From NCBI GenBank assembly GCA_964470615.1, contig CAYYDH010000001.1:1-39050 (forward strand): 39,050 nt of DNA, given 5' to 3'. The notes below the pieces were generated by a model. That model was not told the origin of the DNA. It searched no databases and saw only the letters and a program-made list of their open reading frames with translations. Source of the DNA: an uncultured Candidatus Saccharibacteria bacterium. GTDB lineage: Bacteria; Patescibacteriota; Minisyncoccia; Minisyncoccales; GWA2-38-27. The first letter of the stretch is position 1. Each line of letters begins with the position of its first letter. Shown one piece after another: positions 1-7,553 of this stretch. Made by a program: the position numbers and the translations under genes.

Positions 1-272
1 GTGAAGAACAGGTTGTTGGGCGCCCACCAGAAATACACTAGCAGGAACCCGGCTACAGGCGTCAGGATGACAACGATAACGCCCAGGGCATCAGCCAATA
101 AGGCAATCACTGTCAACATCGAGCCTCGACCAAGTAAAAGGGTCGAGGACAAGTAGAGGATGGCTATCCCGCCCGCAAGCATTGATGCTTCGAGCAAGAT
201 AGACCAAAACAGAATCCAGCCTCTATTCGGAGGCCCCTGCTCTGCTTCTTGTGTTTTCTTTCTCCAGAACAT
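1..272 (-). CDS. hypothetical membrane protein, N-terminal part (the gene continues past the left edge)
   Basis: Hand translation of the minus strand from the ATG at 272..270 gives MFWRKKTQEAEQGPPNRGWILFWSILLEASMLAGGIAILYLSSTLLLGRGSMLTVIALLADALGVIVVILTPVAGFLLVYFWW..., with several hydrophobic helices. It is absent from the ORF track because there is no stop in the window. It is GC-richer than dnaN next door (34 of the first 60 nt are G/C by hand count). Confidence 0.45.
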   Translation of the reverse strand, partial: MFWRKKTQEAEQGPPNRGWILFWSILLEASMLAGGIAILYLSSTLLLGRGSMLTVIALLADALGVIVVILTPVAGFLLVYFWWAPNNLFF

Positions 273-377
273 GGCTTACCCTTTCTATAGGTATCATTGT
301 CTCTTGGTTAACAAAGAACAGTTGCCAAGAACCATTCTTGACGCTTAAATTATAGCATCTTTTATTTATTTTGTCAA

Positions 378-399
378 TAACAAAAGGGGCTCTGGCCCC
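378..399 (-). terminator. short intrinsic terminator downstream of dnaN
   Basis: GGGGC-TCTG-GCCCC hairpin at 386..399. Read on the minus strand it is followed by TTTTGTTATT. Confidence 0.5.
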
Positions 400-429
400 C
401 CTTGTCTTTCTTAAAGATAAAAGGTCGTA

Positions 430-1560
430 TTATGTCGCTTTTATCGGCATTACCACATAAAGATAACTTTGGTCGCCTACTGGCCTCAACACACCTGGTC
501 CAGAAGAACCGTTTAATTCAAGATTTATCTCCGCGCTCTTTATGTTTGCTAACCCGTCTAAAAGAAACTTATGGTTGAAAGAAACTTCTATCGCGCTGCC
601 CTTTATTTTTGCTGCCAAAGAAGACCTGTATTCTCCAGATTCAGGATTCTGGCTGAAAATCTCTATTTCTCCCTTCTTAGGTTCGGCTTTAATCTTCACT
701 TCGTTTATTTTCCCGCTGAATAAGCTAGCAGACTTAATTTGGTTTAAAAACTCTGGTCTTGAGCAAGAAATCTGGGTTGTGAATTTCTTGGGGATAATTT
801 CTCTGTAATTAGGGTATTCTCCTTCTATCAGCCGAGAAACTAACTGAGCTTGAGCGTGCTGGGTTTCTGCCATTGGAAGTTCAAACATCACTTGGTTTGA
901 AGAGAAATAAATTTTAAGTTCGCTACTTTTTGCTCCGAAAATGTTTATTATCTCCTTAGCTGCTTTCTGGGGAATAATTAAAGAGTAATCTTTTTTAAGG
1001 TCAGAGTGGTTCTTTAAAAATATCTTTTTCTCGCCTAGCCTGAAACTATCGGTGGCGGTAACGGTAATTAAATCTTTTTGGAACAGGAGATAGATGCCAG
1101 AAATCTCTGGCTTGGTGGTAGAAAGAGCGGCAATATCTACTACCTGGTTAAGACTTTGGCAAAAAGTAGCACTGTTTACTAGAATAAACTCTCCTTCGGT
1201 CACTTTGGGGATAATGGGAAATTCTTCGGCTGGGAAACCCTTGATCTGGGTTTTGTAGTTTTCGCATTCAAGAAAAACAGTATTGTTTTTTACCTCCACG
1301 CCTATTTTCTTGTTGGGAAGCAAATTAATAAAACTGGAAAAAAGGCGAGAGGGAATAGCTAAACTTCCTTCTTTTTCTGTTTTAGTTAAAATCCACCAAT
1401 TAACCCCTATTTCTAGGTCGGTAGCAGCCAGGTTTAAAAAGTTCTTTTCGCTGGAAATTAAAACATTATTTAAAATAGGTAAAGTCAAAGATTTAGACGA
1501 TATCCTTTCGATCATTCCCAGCCCCTCTTTTAGTTTTTCTTGAAGAATTGTTAATTTCAT
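430..1560 (-). CDS. dnaN: DNA polymerase III beta sliding clamp
   Basis: 376 aa and directly downstream of dnaA on the same strand. The N-terminus is typical of the clamp (MKLTILQEKLKEGL...SSKSLTLPILNNVLI) and the length fits three domains. Confidence 0.93.
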   Translation of the reverse strand: MKLTILQEKLKEGLGMIERISSKSLTLPILNNVLISSEKNFLNLAATDLEIGVNWWILTKTEKEGSLAIPSRLFSSFINLLPNKKIGVEVKNNTVFLECENYKTQIKGFPAEEFPIIPKVTEGEFILVNSATFCQSLNQVVDIAALSTTKPEISGIYLLFQKDLITVTATDSFRLGEKKIFLKNHSDLKKDYSLIIPQKAAKEIINIFGAKSSELKIYFSSNQVMFELPMAETQHAQAQLVSRLIEGEYPNYREIIPKKFTTQISCSRPEFLNQIKSASLFSGKINEVKIKAEPKKGEIEIFSQNPESGEYRSSLAAKIKGSAIEVSFNHKFLLDGLANIKSAEINLELNGSSGPGVLRPVGDQSYLYVVMPIKAT

Positions 1561-1774
1561 ATCTTTAATAAGTATTTAAATATCTTATTGTTATTATTAT
1601 AGAAAGGATTATTTCAACTTTTTAACTTCATTCTTAGTGGGGACAAAGAACATTTAGTTTGGGGAGTTTTTAATAATAATCTGTGGATTGTTTTTTATCT
1701 TTATTTTTCCTATTTTTCCCCCGCTTGTCTCCCCATTCTTTTTAACAAGAGAGTTCCCAGGTTATTAACATTCC
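1561..1774. promoter_or_regulatory. AT-rich dnaA-dnaN intergenic region, candidate oriC / unwinding segment
   Basis: 214 nt of non-coding sequence with long A/T runs at 1561..1620. It holds degenerate DnaA-box-like 9-mers: TGTGGATTG at 1682..1690 and TGGGGACAA at 1638..1646. Confidence 0.35.
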
Positions 1775-3127
1775 CTAACTGCTTAAAACCCGCTCTTTTA
1801 TCATTCCTATTTCTTCCTCCAGTTGTTTGTCTTTAGCGACCTCGTTTAAAATCTTTTTATAAGAATGGATAGCTGTGGTATGGTCTTTTCCGTTGAACTT
1901 TCTGCCGATAAAAGGGAAAGAGCTTTTTAATTCCTCTCTTAACAAATACATGGCTATCTGACGTGGCCTCACAATTTCCCTTTTTCGGGAAGGGCTTATA
2001 ATGTCTTTTTCCTTTAGGTCGTAGAATTCAGCCACAGTCTGGATTATTTTTTTGAAAGAAAGAAAGTTTGTCGGCGAAGAAAGGAGATTTTTAAGAAGAT
2101 TTTTGGCGACCTCAACGTCGGGTTGGTGCCCGTTTATCTTTTGGTAAACCGCTAAGCGGTTTAGGGCGCCCTCAAGCTCTCTGATGTTTCTTGTTATGGA
2201 ATTAGCGAGGTATTCGTAAATTTCTTCGCTGAAATCCACGCCTTTGCTTTGTGCCTTGGTTTTTAAAATGGCCACCCTGGTTTCGAAATCCGGGCTGCTT
2301 ATATCCGCTATCATGCCGCCCTCAAACCTTGATCTTAGTCTTTCAGCTAAAGACTGGATAGCTTTGGGCGGTCTGTCTGAAGAGATGATAATCTGCCTGT
2401 TAGCTTCGTAAAGAACATTAAAAATATGGAAAAACTCTTCCTGGGTTTTTTCTTTGCCAGCTAGAAACTGAACGTCATCAATAATTAAAACATCAATTGC
2501 CCGGTATTTTGTCTTGAGCAGTTCCATGCTGTGGTTTTTGATAGCTGAAACTACCTCTGAGGCAAACTTTTCAGTGGAAAGATAGCGGACCTTCTTTTTC
2601 GGAAAGCTTTTAACGATTTCGTTGCCCGTAGATTGCAATAGATGGGTTTTGCCAAGCCCTACTCCGCCGTATATGAACAAGGGGTTATAAACAGAACCAG
2701 GGCTTTTGGCTACAGCTGTGGCGGCAGCATGGGGCAGTTCGTTGAACGGTCCCACTACAAAAGATTCGAAAGTATAACGAGGGTTAAGATTAGTTTCTTT
2801 GTTTACCCTGAGCTCTAAAAACTCCAGCTGGTCGGTTTCTTCTGGCAAAGAGACAGCCGCTTTTTTAGTAGCTTTCGGGGTTGTTTTGCCGACAATATAA
2901 TCTATTTCTTTAATATCGTCGCTCAAGCTGTGGAGAATTTTGAATATCGGCTTGTTAAACTTATCTTCCAGCCAGCCTTTAACAAAAACATTCGGGACAG
3001 AAATGGTAACCCGTCCTTCTTTTTGGTTTGTGATTTCAGTATTTTTAAACCAAGTAGCAAAATTGGCCTGAGAAATATTTAATTGCATCTGGGCGAGAAC
3101 TGCCTGCCAGAGTTCTTGGTTGATCAT
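1775..3127 (-). CDS. dnaA: chromosomal replication initiator DnaA
   Basis: 450 aa with Walker A GGVGLGKTHL and Walker B LIIDDVQF. The C-terminal DNA-binding region is DnaA-specific (RQIAMYLLRE...GGKDHTTAIHSYKKI). Confidence 0.97.
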   Translation of the reverse strand: MINQELWQAVLAQMQLNISQANFATWFKNTEITNQKEGRVTISVPNVFVKGWLEDKFNKPIFKILHSLSDDIKEIDYIVGKTTPKATKKAAVSLPEETDQLEFLELRVNKETNLNPRYTFESFVVGPFNELPHAAATAVAKSPGSVYNPLFIYGGVGLGKTHLLQSTGNEIVKSFPKKKVRYLSTEKFASEVVSAIKNHSMELLKTKYRAIDVLIIDDVQFLAGKEKTQEEFFHIFNVLYEANRQIIISSDRPPKAIQSLAERLRSRFEGGMIADISSPDFETRVAILKTKAQSKGVDFSEEIYEYLANSITRNIRELEGALNRLAVYQKINGHQPDVEVAKNLLKNLLSSPTNFLSFKKIIQTVAEFYDLKEKDIISPSRKREIVRPRQIAMYLLREELKSSFPFIGRKFNGKDHTTAIHSYKKILNEVAKDKQLEEEIGMIKERVLSS

Positions 3128-3243
3128 ATTAGTTTAAAATAAAAAGGCATTATCATTTTGGCGGATTTTAAAGCTATAGTCAATTATAACACAGGCAAGG
3201 ACGGCTGAAAGTAAATACAAAACACCGTGCTCTGTTAACAAGC

Positions 3244-3263
3244 TGTGGATAATTTGTGGATTA
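3244..3263. promoter_or_regulatory. two tandem DnaA boxes upstream of dnaA
   Basis: TGTGGATAA at 3244..3252 is the exact reverse complement of the TTATCCACA consensus. TGTGGATTA at 3255..3263 has one mismatch. Confidence 0.7.
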
Positions 3264-3296
3264 ACGATTTCAGAGAATTTTTAAAAAAAGCAGAAG

Positions 3297-3325
3297 TTGA
3301 CCTCGCTTCTTTTTTTAGCTATAGT
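3297..3325 (+). promoter_or_regulatory. sigma70-type promoter of the rpmH-rnpA-yidC-jag operon
   Basis: TTGACC (3297..3302), a 17-nt spacer, then TATAGT (3320..3325). It lies 29 nt upstream of the rpmH ATG. Confidence 0.6.
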
Positions 3326-3353
3326 GGGATATTGTAAATAATAATATAAAAAC

Positions 3354-3488
3354 ATGTCGCTAACGTACAAACCAAAGAAAAAAAAGAGAAAAAAAACCCA
3401 TGGTTTTCGCTCCAGATCAAAAACCAATAAAGGAAAGCAGGTTTTGGCCAGAAGGAGAACCAAGGGGAGATGGAGAATAGCCGTCTAA
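3354..3488 (+). CDS. rpmH: 50S ribosomal protein L34
   Basis: Hand translation gives [44 protein letters not shown] (44 aa). This is the canonical L34 sequence, in the canonical position before rnpA. It falls below the ORF-track length cutoff. Confidence 0.93.
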   Translation: MSLTYKPKKKKRKKTHGFRSRSKTNKGKQVLARRRTKGRWRIAV

Positions 3489-3499
3489 AAGCTTAAATT

Positions 3500-3850
3500 A
3501 TGCTCCCAGAGAAGAATCGACTTAAGAAAAAAAAGGACTTTGAAAGGGTTTTTAAAGAAGGAAATGGTTTTAAGGAAGATTTCTTGTATCTTAAAATCAT
3601 AAGGAACGGCTTAAAATCCTCGCGGTTTGGTTTCGCAATCAGCAAAAAGTTTTCCAAGAAAGCAACCACAAGAAACCAAATAAAAAGAAGGATCCGAGAA
3701 CTGGTGAAAGCAAAATTGCCCCTGATGAAAAGAAATATAGACGGAGTAATAGTGGTTATCCCGGGCCTGGAGAAAAAAGACTTTTGGGAACTAGAGGAAG
3801 TAATTAATAAGCTTTTTTTAAAAGCAGGTTTAACAGAAATAAAAGATTAA
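3500..3850 (+). CDS. rnpA: RNase P protein component
   Basis: 116 aa and basic, with the N-terminus LPEKNRLKKKKDFERVFKEG typical of RnpA. Synteny is rpmH-rnpA-yidC. Confidence 0.9.
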   Translation: MLPEKNRLKKKKDFERVFKEGNGFKEDFLYLKIIRNGLKSSRFGFAISKKFSKKATTRNQIKRRIRELVKAKLPLMKRNIDGVIVVIPGLEKKDFWELEEVINKLFLKAGLTEIKD

Positions 3851-3859
3851 ATTCCCCCT

Positions 3860-4627
3860 ATGAGTTTCTTAAGCGGCCTTTTCTACGCAATTTTATACAA
3901 GCCAATTTTTAACCTCCTGATTTTATTCTACAAATACCTGCCTGGTAATGATTTTGGCGTGGCTATAATTATTTTGACCATTCTGATTAAGGCAGTTCTT
4001 TATCCGTTAGGAAGCAAGGCGATCAGATCTCAAAGGGCGCTTTCTGAACTGCAGCCAAAGATGAAAGAAATCCAGGAGAAGTATAAAAATGATAAGGAAA
4101 AACAGGTTAAAGCCATGATGGAGCTTTATCAGAAGGAAAAAATTAACCCCTTTTCTGGCTTTCTGCCTATTTTGATCCAACTGCCTATTTTGTTTGCTCT
4201 CTACCGGGTTTTTTGGAAGGGAATGGAGCCAGAAGTTTTATCCTCTTTTCTATACAATAACCCGATTTTTCATATTGATAAGATAAACCAGTCTTTCTTA
4301 GGGGCGATAAATCTTGGCCACTCTACTTCATTCGGCGGCCAATTAGTTTGGGCCAATGTTATTTTAGTTATTTTAGTCGGTATATCGCAGTTTATCCAGA
4401 TGAAAATGGTGATGCCGAAAATAAAGAAAACATCTCGGACAAAGGGCGATAGCTTGGGTCAGGTTTCTAATGTGATGCAGAAGCAGATGGTATACTTCCT
4501 CCCGATTTTTACCGTTTTTATTCTTTGGAGATTGCCAGCTGCCCTGGGTCTTTATTGGCTGGTGACAAATCTGTTCTCCATTATCCAGCAATATTTCATC
4601 TTTAAAAAAAGAGCAGCCCAGAATTAA
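3860..4627 (+). CDS. yidC: membrane protein insertase YidC/Oxa1 (short form)
   Basis: 255 aa and multi-TM. It carries the YidC core motifs (PLGSKAIRSQRALSELQPKMKEIQEKYKND...MMELYQKEKINPFSG) and fits the synteny. Confidence 0.9.
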   Translation: MSFLSGLFYAILYKPIFNLLILFYKYLPGNDFGVAIIILTILIKAVLYPLGSKAIRSQRALSELQPKMKEIQEKYKNDKEKQVKAMMELYQKEKINPFSGFLPILIQLPILFALYRVFWKGMEPEVLSSFLYNNPIFHIDKINQSFLGAINLGHSTSFGGQLVWANVILVILVGISQFIQMKMVMPKIKKTSRTKGDSLGQVSNVMQKQMVYFLPIFTVFILWRLPAALGLYWLVTNLFSIIQQYFIFKKRAAQN

Positions 4628-4629
4628 TC

Positions 4630-5100
4630 ATGATAAGTCCAACAGAACTAGAAGAAATAAGAAAAACAATAAAGGATTTTTTTCAAAGAACAGGGCTTGA
4701 TTTAGAAGTAGAAATCCACTCCTTAGACGAGGAAGTGCTTCCTATAAAGATAAAAACAAAAGAGCCGAAGATTTTAATCGGTCACTCAGGCCAAACTTTG
4801 TTTGATATCCAGCATCTCTTGAATATTATTTCCCGACGGAAAACTACGGCCGTTGATTTTCATGTCGACCTAGATATTAATGATTATAAGGAGAAAAAAA
4901 TAGAATACCTGCGAGAAATGGCTAGGTCGTTAGCCGATGAAGTGATGCTGACTAGAAAAGAAAAAGAGCTGGCCCCGATGCCAGCTTACGAAAGACGGAT
5001 TATTCACATTGAACTATCTAAAAGGGAGGGTGTGGAAACTGAAAGTCTTGGCGAAGGCCTAGAAAGAAGGATAGTAATCAAACTTTCTACATGCTTATAA
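4630..5100 (+). CDS. jag: Jag/KhpB-like RNA-binding protein (KH + R3H)
   Basis: 156 aa with an R3H-type C-terminus (PMPAYERRIIHIELSKREGVETESLGEG). It sits directly after yidC. Confidence 0.8.
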   Translation: MISPTELEEIRKTIKDFFQRTGLDLEVEIHSLDEEVLPIKIKTKEPKILIGHSGQTLFDIQHLLNIISRRKTTAVDFHVDLDINDYKEKKIEYLREMARSLADEVMLTRKEKELAPMPAYERRIIHIELSKREGVETESLGEGLERRIVIKLSTCL

Positions 5101-6301
5101 GCCCAGCGCTCAGAATTTTCATAGACCTGGCGCAAGGATAGGGTTTTGAAGCTGTCCCGCACCAATCTTTGAAAGGAGCGTTGTCGTTTAAATTACTGTC
5201 GCTTCTCGCCATTACATAAAGCTCGGTTTCCGGGCCCCAGTCTCCGCTGCACGTTTCTCTAAAAAACACAACCAGAAAAGGACCTTCTATTTTAACGGAC
5301 AGAAATTGATGCGGGGGGAAAATATCAGTTCCGGCAGCTGCGCCATCTCTTCCCCCCAAAGTAGTTGCGCCGATCGGGAAATCGGCTGTAAGGTCAATGC
5401 AATTAGAGTCCTTAAGATCGGTAGTATATTTCTTTTCTTTGGCAGCTGTTTCTGCTCCACCACGGTTATAATCTTGTATCTCAAATAGCTGGACATACCA
5501 GTCGCTGTTAGGGTTGTTGTCGCTCAAAACAAAAACCTTTACCGAAGATGGTTTTATCGAGACATTAAAAGTTCCGACAAGGGTGCCAAGGGCCTCCTCA
5601 AACTTGTAAACAATTTGGTTTTTTCCTCCGTAATTACTCTCTTCGTAAAGTATGGCGCCATATTTTTGGTTGTTAAAGGGCACAACATTAACTTCAACGA
5701 TTTTGTCCGTGAGTTCGTTGGGTACTGCTTCGCTGATTGCAGCCAACCAGCAACTTTCATTGATTTCCTTTAATCTGTTATCTAAATCAATTTTTGCAGC
5801 CTCTTTTTGTTCTGGGGGCAGATTTAAGGCTGCTTGCCTTGCAGTATCAAATCCCCTGGCGTCAACTGGTTTTGTGCAAAGCAAAACACCGGGCGAGAGA
5901 TGAGGAAGAATTGGTCCTGTTGGAAGTTCCTGGAGGTTGAGGAGTTGAGGGTTAATGGTATTGAAGATGAGCCAGGCGCAGAATAAAATAACCAGGCCTA
6001 ATATCACGGCTGTGATCTGATTCTTGGCATCATTTCTTTGTTCCGGCCGGCCAGCTGACGATAGATACCAAAAGCCAGCTTTTATTATGGCGCCCAAAGC
6101 GATTAGTCCGCTGATCCCAATTGCAAAATAAAAAACATACAGGACGTATTCATGGAATTGGACGTCGGTTGTTGTCGGTGGCGCACTTCCGGGCACTGTT
6201 ATATAGTCAACCTCTAAGGGAGTTGCAGATTGGATTGAACAGGGAGTTAAAAAAAACAAAACAGCTATAGAGAGAATTGTTGCTGCAAAAAGATTTTTCA
6301 T
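5087..6301 (-). CDS. secreted/membrane protein: T4SS-pilin-like (VirB2/TrbC-type) N-terminal module fused to an unknown C-terminal domain
   Basis: It has a signal peptide, then LEVDY, two hydrophobic helices flanking SSAGRPEQRNDAKNQI, then INPQLLNLQ. This N-module is shared with the next two ORFs. The C-terminal ~270 aa is unrelated to the other two and contains YEESNYGG. Confidence 0.6.
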   Translation of the reverse strand: MKNLFAATILSIAVLFFLTPCSIQSATPLEVDYITVPGSAPPTTTDVQFHEYVLYVFYFAIGISGLIALGAIIKAGFWYLSSAGRPEQRNDAKNQITAVILGLVILFCAWLIFNTINPQLLNLQELPTGPILPHLSPGVLLCTKPVDARGFDTARQAALNLPPEQKEAAKIDLDNRLKEINESCWLAAISEAVPNELTDKIVEVNVVPFNNQKYGAILYEESNYGGKNQIVYKFEEALGTLVGTFNVSIKPSSVKVFVLSDNNPNSDWYVQLFEIQDYNRGGAETAAKEKKYTTDLKDSNCIDLTADFPIGATTLGGRDGAAAGTDIFPPHQFLSVKIEGPFLVVFFRETCSGDWGPETELYVMARSDSNLNDNAPFKDWCGTASKPYPCARSMKILSAGLISM

Positions 6302-6302
6302 A

Positions 6303-7550
6303 TTATTTTATTTGGCCGATTATGTTTATTATTTGGTCGCAAATTCCCATTATTTCACCTGGCAGAGAGTTAATTTGGCTAGCCTGATTTTGAATTTCCG
6401 ATACCGGGCAAGGATTGCCGCCGGAGCATTTATCTGGTTGGCAGCCGCACAATTTATCGTGGCAACCGTATCTGGCGCCCGTGAGACAGCTTGGTTGGCA
6501 TTTTGCCCCGACGTCAGAAAAACATTGATCTGGCAATTTAGCTATCTCGGTTGTCGGTGCTTCTACTTTAGTTAAAGCAGTGGCTAGATCTTTAAGCTTC
6601 TGGATGAGCTGTGTTTTGTATTGCTTTTCTTGCTCTATTTTTTGTAATTCTCGTTCAAGCTGGTTAGTTGTTGCCGGCGACGCTACTTCATTCGCTTTTT
6701 CACGAGAGATTAAGGCGTTATAAAAAGCTATTTTTTTGTCTAGAACTAAAGTGACGTTTAAGTTTAAGTCTTTTGCTTCAGCTAAAGCCCTGGTCTTATA
6801 GTAAAGCATAATATCTCTCCAGCCGACAATCTCTTTTTGTAAAGCTCCTATTCTGACTGCGTCCGGACATGGGTGAGCACCTTTTGGATATTGACCGCCG
6901 CAAAGATTCGGATCGTTTCCTGCATCTGGCCCGGCATAACACCATTTAGCTTCGCAAGAAGCGTTAGCCTCCCCTCCATTGCACAAACAAAGAGAACGAG
7001 TTCGATCGCAGTCACATTTGTCAGTGAGGGATTTTATATCCTCGGCGTTTCCTTTAGCTTTGTCAGGCAGGGTCTTTACTATATCAGCCATATCTTTTAT
7101 TCTTCTTAAAAGATCAGAAGACGGAAGGTCGGGATCCGGGTAAGAAGTAGGGCTGACTTGCGGGAGGTTAATGTTAGTCAGGCTGAGCGAGATCAACTGG
7201 GGGTTGATGTTTACTAATATCAAGTAAGAGGCGAGCAAAAGTATAATGCCCCAAAAGACAGCGACAATTTTATCTCTCGCTGCCTTAATTTTTTCTGGGT
7301 TTCCAGCCGATGTTAAAAGAATAATGCCGCCCTGGGTTAAGTTCCAAAGAGCAGTAATACCAGCCCCGGCAATAAAGAAACCGTAGATATACTTAATAAA
7401 AAGAGGTACATCTACATCGTCTAAGTTTTGCGTGTCTAGCCCGCGATAATCAACCTCTAAGCTTCTGGCAGCAAGGGCAAAACCGAATATCAAAAACAGG
7501 CTGATAGTTGCTAGAAAAAAGACAGCGATTTTTAAAGGCTTTTTATTCAT
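6303..7550 (-). CDS. T4SS-pilin-like N-terminal module fused to a Cys-rich/coiled-coil domain
   Basis: N-module: signal peptide, LEVDY, TM, TSAGNPEKIKAARDKI, TM, INPQLISLS. Two Cys clusters follow (CDCDRTRSLCLCNGGEANASCEAKWC... and CFSDVGAKCQPSCLTGARYGCHDKLCGCQPDKCSGGNPCP), separated by a helical stretch. Confidence 0.6.
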   Translation of the reverse strand: MNKKPLKIAVFFLATISLFLIFGFALAARSLEVDYRGLDTQNLDDVDVPLFIKYIYGFFIAGAGITALWNLTQGGIILLTSAGNPEKIKAARDKIVAVFWGIILLLASYLILVNINPQLISLSLTNINLPQVSPTSYPDPDLPSSDLLRRIKDMADIVKTLPDKAKGNAEDIKSLTDKCDCDRTRSLCLCNGGEANASCEAKWCYAGPDAGNDPNLCGGQYPKGAHPCPDAVRIGALQKEIVGWRDIMLYYKTRALAEAKDLNLNVTLVLDKKIAFYNALISREKANEVASPATTNQLERELQKIEQEKQYKTQLIQKLKDLATALTKVEAPTTEIAKLPDQCFSDVGAKCQPSCLTGARYGCHDKLCGCQPDKCSGGNPCPVSEIQNQASQINSLPGEIMGICDQIINIIGQIK

Positions 7551-7553
7551 GGG

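Noticed and set aside
160-348. Plus-strand 62-aa ORF at the left edge
   Set aside because: It overlaps the more convincing minus-strand membrane-protein N-terminus (1..272). It has no motif, and GC-rich DNA gives spurious open frames.
3281-3463. Minus-strand 60-aa ORF overlapping rpmH
   Set aside because: It is antisense to a canonical L34 gene, and its sequence is poly-F/L from the A-rich Lys codons of rpmH.
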